Shown: piece after piece, positions 35,811-41,843 of the stretch | Layout of the letters: the number at the start of each line of letters is the position of its first letter | Position numbering within the stretch: the stretch's first letter is position 1 | Source of the DNA: a bacterium | GTDB taxonomy: Bacteria > Patescibacteriota > Minisyncoccia > Phycocordibacterales > UBA6899 | DNA: 41,843 nt | NCBI GenBank assembly: GCA_043736515.1 | Contig: JAYTCK010000069.1 | Coordinates: forward strand, 1-41,843 | Direction: 5' to 3' | The notes under the pieces: model-generated | What the model was told of the DNA's origin: nothing | Database searches by the model: none | The model's input: the letters and a program-made list of their open reading frames with translations, nothing else | Made by a program: the position numbers and the translations under genes

Positions 35811-37787
35811 ATGCGTCTCATTAAACTTGCGGGCCTCAATATTGATACGACGGTCGGAAAAATGGAGGGTAATTACAAAGCCCTCCTTTCGGCGTCGGTG
35901 CGTGCGGCAAGAGCCAACGCCACGATTGCTGCATCGCCCGAGATGGTGCTGTGCGGCTATCCAGCCGAAGACCTCGTGCACTGGCAAGGCTTTGTTGATC
36001 AGGAGTGGCAGTATCTCAAACGTTTTGCAGCAGAGACAAAGGCATTCGACACGGTTTTTGTTATTGGGCTTGCCGTCTTTTATGATGACGGTGTCTATAA
36101 TTGTGCCGCTGTCGTGAATCATGGAAAGATCCTCGGTATCGTTCCGAAAGAAAAACTTCCGACGTATGGCGTGTTCTACGACATGCGTACATTTGCGCGC
36201 GGGATCCCGGGACTTCACGGCGAAAAAGAAGGTATTCCGTTCGGTGATATTGTATTTGATCTCCCGTTCGGGAAGTTTGCTGTCGAGGTGTGTGAAGACT
36301 CCTGGTCTCCAGATGGTCCTATGAAGCGCCGCGCATACGCCGGTGCTGAGATCGTCGTGAGCATCAACGGCTCACCCTGGCGCGCAGGTGTTATTGATAC
36401 GCGTCGTGAAATGCTTGCAACGCGTTCATCCGACAACTACTGCACCCTGCTCTACGTCAACGGGGTTGGTGGCATGGATGCGCTTGTTCTTGATGGAGGA
36501 GGATTCGTCTTTCAGAACGGACAGAAGATGCATGAGGCAAAACGCTGGCAGGAAGGCGAGTGGACGCAGGTTGTTGATCTCGATCGCACACGGCTTTCAC
36601 GCAGTGCAAACACAACGCGTCGTATTGATGCGGAAGAATACCGCACCTCAAAAGCACCGATGCCACGGGTGATCCGCTACGAAGATGGCCCAAAGGCAAA
36701 CAATGCGGCGCTTACATATCCGATTCCTAAGGCAAAAAGTTTCATGATTCCCGCACTTCCCGAAGGCCCTACTCAGAGTAATCGCGAAGCATACTTCGAA
36801 GAACTCATTGCGGCGATAGTGTTAGGGTACAAAGGATATTTTGAGAAATCCGGCGTATTCAACTCCACACTCATCGCACTTTCGGGTGGTCGTGACTCTG
36901 CACTCACGCTACTTCTCATCTACATATATGCGAAGGAGCATTTTGCGGGAGAAAAAGACAGCACACAAAAGATACGCAACTTCATTCGCTGTGTATCAAT
37001 GCCAAGCAAGTTCAATTCGGCGACGACCAAGTCGATTGCGCGCGAACTCTCTGAAGAGCTTGGCGTGACATTCGAGGAGCGTCCGATCGATGAAGCATTT
37101 GAACGCGAGCTCGCGGAATTGCGCACACAGCTCGGAGACAAGGAGCCCGATCCTGTGGCGGTACAAAACATTATGCCCCGTATTCGTATGACACGAATGC
37201 AGAATCTCTCAAACGCAACGGGATCGTTACTGGTTCATTGCGGCAACATGACAGAGAAGGCACTTGGCTACGGCACTATTGGGGGAGACTTCACTGCGGG
37301 AGCATATTCGCTTTTAGGTAATCTTCCGAAGTCAGTTGTACGCGCGCTCATCGCGCATTTGCGTAGCACGAGGTTTCCTCTCGCTTCGCTTGACGCACTC
37401 ATTGCATCGGAAGAGTCAGCCGAACTTGCAGATGATCAGCGTGATGAGGATGACATCGGCTCCATTGAAGTGCTCGATGCGTGCATCCACCTCTTTTACG
37501 GCGAAAAGCTGATGCCGCACGAAGTGTATGGTGTCGTACGCGACAATTGGAGTGACGCTGAGCTTTCACGTATGTACCCCGGGTATAAAAAGGGGCTGCT
37601 CAAGAAATGGGTGAAGGGGTTTGTAAAGATGAGTTATAACACTACCTTTAAGTGGGTTGTTGCTCCTCCTGCGACACATCTCGGCTCGCTCGATCTTGAG
37701 CGTGAACGCGCGATCCAGATCCCTATCGTGAAGTCGATGGAGTGGCTACGTGATTCACTTGCTGCTATTGATAGGATGCCAAATTAA
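35811..37787 (+). CDS. nadE: Glutamine-dependent NAD+ synthetase
   Basis: Nitrilase domain PEMVLCGY / KEKLPTY / VCEDSW; synthetase domain ALSGGRDS, NMTEKALGYGTIGGD and SAELA. Confidence 0.93.
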   Translation: MRLIKLAGLNIDTTVGKMEGNYKALLSASVRAARANATIAASPEMVLCGYPAEDLVHWQGFVDQEWQYLKRFAAETKAFDTVFVIGLAVFYDDGVYNCAAVVNHGKILGIVPKEKLPTYGVFYDMRTFARGIPGLHGEKEGIPFGDIVFDLPFGKFAVEVCEDSWSPDGPMKRRAYAGAEIVVSINGSPWRAGVIDTRREMLATRSSDNYCTLLYVNGVGGMDALVLDGGGFVFQNGQKMHEAKRWQEGEWTQVVDLDRTRLSRSANTTRRIDAEEYRTSKAPMPRVIRYEDGPKANNAALTYPIPKAKSFMIPALPEGPTQSNREAYFEELIAAIVLGYKGYFEKSGVFNSTLIALSGGRDSALTLLLIYIYAKEHFAGEKDSTQKIRNFIRCVSMPSKFNSATTKSIARELSEELGVTFEERPIDEAFERELAELRTQLGDKEPDPVAVQNIMPRIRMTRMQNLSNATGSLLVHCGNMTEKALGYGTIGGDFTAGAYSLLGNLPKSVVRALIAHLRSTRFPLASLDALIASEESAELADDQRDEDDIGSIEVLDACIHLFYGEKLMPHEVYGVVRDNWSDAELSRMYPGYKKGLLKKWVKGFVKMSYNTTFKWVVAPPATHLGSLDLERERAIQIPIVKSMEWLRDSLAAIDRMPN

Positions 37788-37794
37788 TCGTATG

Positions 37795-37822
37795 AACCCG
37801 GCCAATAAAGCCGGGTTTTTTT
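37795..37822 (+). terminator. Intrinsic terminator after nadE
   Basis: aacccggc-caataaa-gccgggtt followed by a T run. Confidence 0.75.
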
Positions 37823-37927
37823 ATGTGCAATATTACAGTTTACCGTGGGTTTATTGTTTATCTTGACAAGACACCAGAAAATTGTAATATATTATTCAGA
37901 TTTGTCTTCGTCTTCTTGGAGAAAACA

Positions 37928-38488
37928 TTGAAATCAATTACGAAAATTCCGACTATTGTGTGTAATGTCAGGGGTGGAAGCTTTGTGCTCCGTCCGTTTT
38001 ACGTACACGATGAGGCTTCGCTTGTGGAGCACATCAACAGCTCACATATCGCCGATCGGGTGAGCAATGTCCCGTCGCCATATACGACAGAGCATGCAAG
38101 GGAGTGGCTTGAACACATGCGAATGAATAGTCTTGCACTCAGTGTGGGTGAGAAGACAAAACGCCTCGACTTTGCAATCACTGTTCTGGATGAAGTCATC
38201 GGCTCTGTGGCACTCATAGAGATCAAAGGCCACATGGGGCAACTTTCGTACTGGCTGTCACGTGATTTCCAAGGAAAAGGAATTATGACTGCAGCCGTTC
38301 GAGCTGTGGTCGACTGGGGTTTGAATGAATGCGGCTTTGTGAGGGTCTGGGGGTACACCTGGAGCGATAACACGGCCTCGCAAGCGGTGCTCGAAGGCGC
38401 CGGTCTCAAACTCGAAGGAATCCACAGAAAGGTGTGGCCAAAAAACGGAGAGTTTTACGACTCTCACATGTACGCAATTGTTGTCTGA
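37928..38488 (+). CDS. GNAT acetyltransferase (RimJ/RimL family); start uncertain
   Basis: LRPF, PSPYT.EHA.EW, SYWLSRDFQGKGIMT.AV and NTASQAVLEGAGLKLEG; TTG 37928 chosen because it lies after a TTGACA promoter. Confidence 0.85.
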   Translation: MKSITKIPTIVCNVRGGSFVLRPFYVHDEASLVEHINSSHIADRVSNVPSPYTTEHAREWLEHMRMNSLALSVGEKTKRLDFAITVLDEVIGSVALIEIKGHMGQLSYWLSRDFQGKGIMTAAVRAVVDWGLNECGFVRVWGYTWSDNTASQAVLEGAGLKLEGIHRKVWPKNGEFYDSHMYAIVV

Positions 38489-38501
38489 GCAAAGGAATCA
38501 A

Positions 38502-39398
38502 ATGACCATTTATTTTTACGGAAAAGACGGCGTTATTCTTGATGTGGGCACAATGGCTGAACTTTGTGGCAAACACAAACTTCCGCCGCTTGCTGAGCTT
38601 CGGCTCGACATGTTGTCGGGAGGATATCCAAAGATTTCCGAAAGATCCGAAAATTTTCGCGTGCGCGTCAGCGAAGGATATCGACTACACCAAAGGTTTG
38701 GTCCGTGGGGCGACCTGATGGCGGTGTCTTGTGACGGATCCCCTCCACGTTTCGATTGGATCGCGCCGCTCGCATATCCAAAGCCGGTGCTGGCTGCGGA
38801 CCTGATTCCATTCATTCGCGACTCGGATGGCAGACTCTTTTGGGTGGGCATCAAACGCGGACGCCCTCCCGGAGAGGGAAAGTGCGCACTCATCGGTGGA
38901 ATTCGTGCTATCGAGAAGCGAAAACTGGCTTCGGGAACTACGTATATGCTCGAGACGCCACTTGAAAATCTCATTCACGAAAGTAAAGAGGAAGCAGGAA
39001 TTGCACTTTCATGCGTAAAGGCTGTGGGCGAAGGATCCAATGCGAAAGTTGCGAGTGCAACGGTGAGCATTCCGGAACTGAATATTGTTTCGCAGACGGA
39101 ACTTTTTCACGTAGGCACCGTTCATACTGATATTGAAGTAGAGCGTAATCCCTCAACCGGTGAACTTCGTGTGCATGAGGCAACTGGTTATGCGTTCCAA
39201 CTTCATGTCGGTATTCCGCTTGCGGCGAGCGAGATCGAAGCGGCGCTTCATCCGACGGATGAAGACGAACGCACAATTCCAGTTGTTCGACAAATCGGGT
39301 CGTTCGCGGATGTGGAAGAGATTAATAATTCATTCCATTCTGCACATCACCGCGTACTCTTTTGTCAGGCACTTGCTCTGTGTGCCCGGAATCCATAG
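38502..39398 (+). CDS. Divergent Nudix hydrolase (ADP-ribose pyrophosphatase candidate)
   Basis: LAADLIPF, IKRGRPPGEGKCALIGG...ETPLENLIHESKEEAGI (Nudix box with an insertion). Confidence 0.7.
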   Translation: MTIYFYGKDGVILDVGTMAELCGKHKLPPLAELRLDMLSGGYPKISERSENFRVRVSEGYRLHQRFGPWGDLMAVSCDGSPPRFDWIAPLAYPKPVLAADLIPFIRDSDGRLFWVGIKRGRPPGEGKCALIGGIRAIEKRKLASGTTYMLETPLENLIHESKEEAGIALSCVKAVGEGSNAKVASATVSIPELNIVSQTELFHVGTVHTDIEVERNPSTGELRVHEATGYAFQLHVGIPLAASEIEAALHPTDEDERTIPVVRQIGSFADVEEINNSFHSAHHRVLFCQALALCARNP

Positions 39399-39436
39399 CC
39401 TCCCAAGTTATAGACACACTGAGTTACTTTTTACCC

Positions 39437-39467
39437 AAACGGCTACCTTCACGATAGCCGTTTTTTT
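39437..39467. terminator. Terminator between convergent genes
   Basis: aaacggcta-ccttcacga-tagccgttt followed by a T run. Confidence 0.7.
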
Positions 39468-39504
39468 GTATAAAAAATGCCGAGGTACTACCCTCGGCAT
39501 AGAG

Positions 39505-40503
39505 TCATGCAATATCAAGCGCGTCGCAGAGTTTATTCGCCAGGAGTCTTGCTTCTTCCGAAGCAAGACAGCCGGTGATCCATTCATGCGGAATTGCTAC
39601 TGTGCCATAGCGAAGGCCCAACAGTCCGCCGACTATGCTCGCATTTGTATCAGTATCGCCGCCCGCATTCACTGCGGAAAGTACCCCTTCTTTGAAAGAG
39701 CCCGCCCGCTGACATACTGAAATTACAAAGGGTGCAGTCTCCATTGCGGTAAACCGCGAGGGCAAGAACTCGACGTTCGGAGAGATCGTTGAAAGACAGT
39801 GTTTGATCTCTGCGGCAAAGAGCATCTTGTCCTTCTTCGGAAGGTCGATCATACGCTGAAGATAGTCAAGACTCATTTGGATGAGATGAGCGACAAACTT
39901 CGGAGTAAATTTTTCATAATGGCACTCCTCAAGCGTCGCATATGCAAAGACGGTATACGCGAGAACAAGCGAGCGCGGATCGCGGTGGGTCACGCGGCTC
40001 GACATGTGAAGGAGTGAAATTCCCTGCTGCTCACCTTTGGCAATACCCAAAATCGCAATAGGCAACAATTTCATAATGGTGCCGTTCCCAGACTTTTTTT
40101 GCTCGTCTGCTTCGTGGTGCGCATAAAGTGGCGCGGGTTCCGTGGCTCCATTTTTCCACCGCATCATGCTTTCGAGCGTCATTTTTCCAAAACCAAACGG
40201 TGAGGTGTGAAGTGCGTGGAGGTGAGTATCGATACACGTGCGAAGCGACACACCGCTTGGCTCCTTAATAATCGCTTCAGCCATCGCGGCTGTTAGTGCC
40301 CAATCATCGGTGGTAGCGCCCCGTGTAAGCCCGTGTGCCCAACTATGTTTATGGAGGGCGGCAGGAAGATAACCCGTAACCCCATTTGGCCCCAGTATTT
40401 CTCGGATCTTTGCCCTCGTCATGGTTTCGACAGGTGCACCCAATGCGTCACCAATAGCAACACCAAGATGGGCTGCAATAACCTGATCGCGTGTAATTTT
40501 CAC
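39505..40503 (-). CDS. ADP-ribosylglycohydrolase (DraG/ARH family); start GTG 40503 inferred
   Basis: GVAIGDALGAPVE, TTDDW, GNGTIMK, THRDP and GGDTDTNASIVGGLLG motifs. Confidence 0.92.
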   Translation of the reverse strand: MKITRDQVIAAHLGVAIGDALGAPVETMTRAKIREILGPNGVTGYLPAALHKHSWAHGLTRGATTDDWALTAAMAEAIIKEPSGVSLRTCIDTHLHALHTSPFGFGKMTLESMMRWKNGATEPAPLYAHHEADEQKKSGNGTIMKLLPIAILGIAKGEQQGISLLHMSSRVTHRDPRSLVLAYTVFAYATLEECHYEKFTPKFVAHLIQMSLDYLQRMIDLPKKDKMLFAAEIKHCLSTISPNVEFLPSRFTAMETAPFVISVCQRAGSFKEGVLSAVNAGGDTDTNASIVGGLLGLRYGTVAIPHEWITGCLASEEARLLANKLCDALDIA

Positions 40504-40620
40504 AAATTTTCCTAGGAGTGAATGATCTTCCTCACTTGGTTTATCACGAATATGAATTAATGCAATAAAATAAAAAATCCGCAGCAAGTGCGGATTATTC
40601 CCGAAGAAGGCAATGAACTG

Positions 40621-41670
40621 TTATTTGTGTTTCTTTGTTTTCGAAACTCCGCTCACGCTTCCGCGAACGAGTGTCGACTGATGTATTGCGTTCGCAAAGA
40701 GCATGTCGATCGGCAGGTGCGTCAGCCACGACTTGTGCTGCTCACAGTATGCATAGTCACGAGGGATGGTTCCCGTCACGACGACATCCATGCCGCTTGC
40801 CGCAAACTTTTCTTCGGCAGTCGACATGACGCCGGTCATTTTGTCAGCTTTTGCACTGAAGAGCGGATGGGTTGCCATGAGTGTTACGGATGCCGCCCCT
40901 CTGTCGAAGAGCATTTTCCCTGCCTTGAGCGCAGTGCCGCCCGTGTCGATCATGTCCTCGCTTATCCAGACATGTTTTCCTTCAACGCTCGGCCCTGATC
41001 CGTAGGTCATCCCTTCGACCTCGTTCGCAGCAACGCGATCTTTGTCAATAATTCCGAACGGTATCGGCTCAGAAAGCCCGATCGCCTCTGCCGCACTTCG
41101 CGCAAAGGCACGCACGCGCTTGCCCCCGCCAACATCCGCTGCTATGGCAACAACATTCGCTGCGTCTGGATGCTTACCCAGGAAGTAGGGGAGGAAGATA
41201 TGCTCGCCGAACAAATTGTCGAACGGACCCCTGAAGAATCCTTGGATCTGATCAGCGTGAAGGTCGAGCGCAAAGAGGCGCCTCACTCCTTGATGCTCGA
41301 GAATTCCCGCAAGCAGTGCTGCGGTGATCGGCTCACGCGGTTTCTTTCGATCTTGGCGTGCACATGCAAAGTACGGCAAAACATTACTGAACGATTCTGC
41401 ATCAGCGCGACGCAGTGCGTCATTCACTTGCAGCAATTCCCAGATACCCTTGTTGATATCGGGATAGAATGAATGAAAGAAATACACGTCGGTGTTGCGG
41501 ATCGACTCGGGGATGAACGCCTTGAATTCTCCGTCAGCGAATTGATCGTACCTTACGGTGAGCAGCTTGCCGCAGTCGACCCCACGCTCTTTGAGCGAGT
41601 GGTAGACAGGTTCGGCGACGTAGGTCATCGACGGTGATGTGAGAAGGGTGATTGCTCTGGCTTTGGACAT
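40621..41670 (-). CDS. prs: Ribose-phosphate pyrophosphokinase
   Basis: FADGE, LPYFACARQDRK, REPITA, LDLHADQIQGFF, DVGGGKR, EDMIDTGGT and ATHPLFS motifs. Confidence 0.93.
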   Translation of the reverse strand: MSKARAITLLTSPSMTYVAEPVYHSLKERGVDCGKLLTVRYDQFADGEFKAFIPESIRNTDVYFFHSFYPDINKGIWELLQVNDALRRADAESFSNVLPYFACARQDRKKPREPITAALLAGILEHQGVRRLFALDLHADQIQGFFRGPFDNLFGEHIFLPYFLGKHPDAANVVAIAADVGGGKRVRAFARSAAEAIGLSEPIPFGIIDKDRVAANEVEGMTYGSGPSVEGKHVWISEDMIDTGGTALKAGKMLFDRGAASVTLMATHPLFSAKADKMTGVMSTAEEKFAASGMDVVVTGTIPRDYAYCEQHKSWLTHLPIDMLFANAIHQSTLVRGSVSGVSKTKKHK

Positions 41671-41843
41671 GAAACCTCCGAAAATGATTGACGAGAAGAG
41701 TGAATGAGAAGAACAGAATGAGAAAACAATAACACTATGTTAGTTGTTTGTAAAGAGATCCGTAATGGTTCAATAGCTTGGAATCACCCTAACCATTAGG
41801 ATGATTCATATGCCATACACCACAAACCCCCACATGCCCCGTA

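Noticed and set aside
40621-41670. Calling prs a phage NARP1-type ADPR-PP synthetase
   Set aside because: The sequence keeps canonical Prs motifs and its partner is a PncB-type enzyme with PncA/NadD/NadE; cannot be supported without an assay
1-41843. Additional remote VR copies, tRNA/rRNA genes, transposases or prophage genes
   Set aside because: None recognised by eye; a computational scan would be needed to exclude weak matches

Overview
Bacterial chromosomal window that looks like Patescibacteria/CPR (Parcubacteria-like). This is inferred from the minor-pilin cluster, comEC, recJ, PaaX-like and TrmB-like regulators, and long intergenic palindromes. The first 22 kb holds type IV minor pilins and a PilX-like adhesin, tpiA-pgk, a Cys/Met PLP enzyme, HIT, recJ, a PaaX-like gene and rnhA bracketed by three related 40-bp palindromes, comEC, dedA, a MoxR/DUF58/vWA (Bat-like) operon, htrA and sppA. 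From about 22 kb onward is an accessory island centred on NAD+/ADP-ribose recycling: nrtR, two pncA-like genes, nadD, pncB, glutamine-dependent nadE, Nudix, ADP-ribosylglycohydrolase and prs, with four copies of a TTAGTGTA-N5-TACACTAA operator. Two modules sit inside this island. One is a nicotinamidase + TerY-P triad (vWA, PP2C-like, kinase), preceded by a structured leader and flanked by 28-bp direct repeats. The other is a complete diversity-generating retroelement (DGR): target gene with VR 32233-32354, TR 32695-32816 (16 of 17 mismatches at TR adenines), an antisense avd and the RT. A G10 tract currently puts the apparent avd ATG out of frame and may act as a phase switch.
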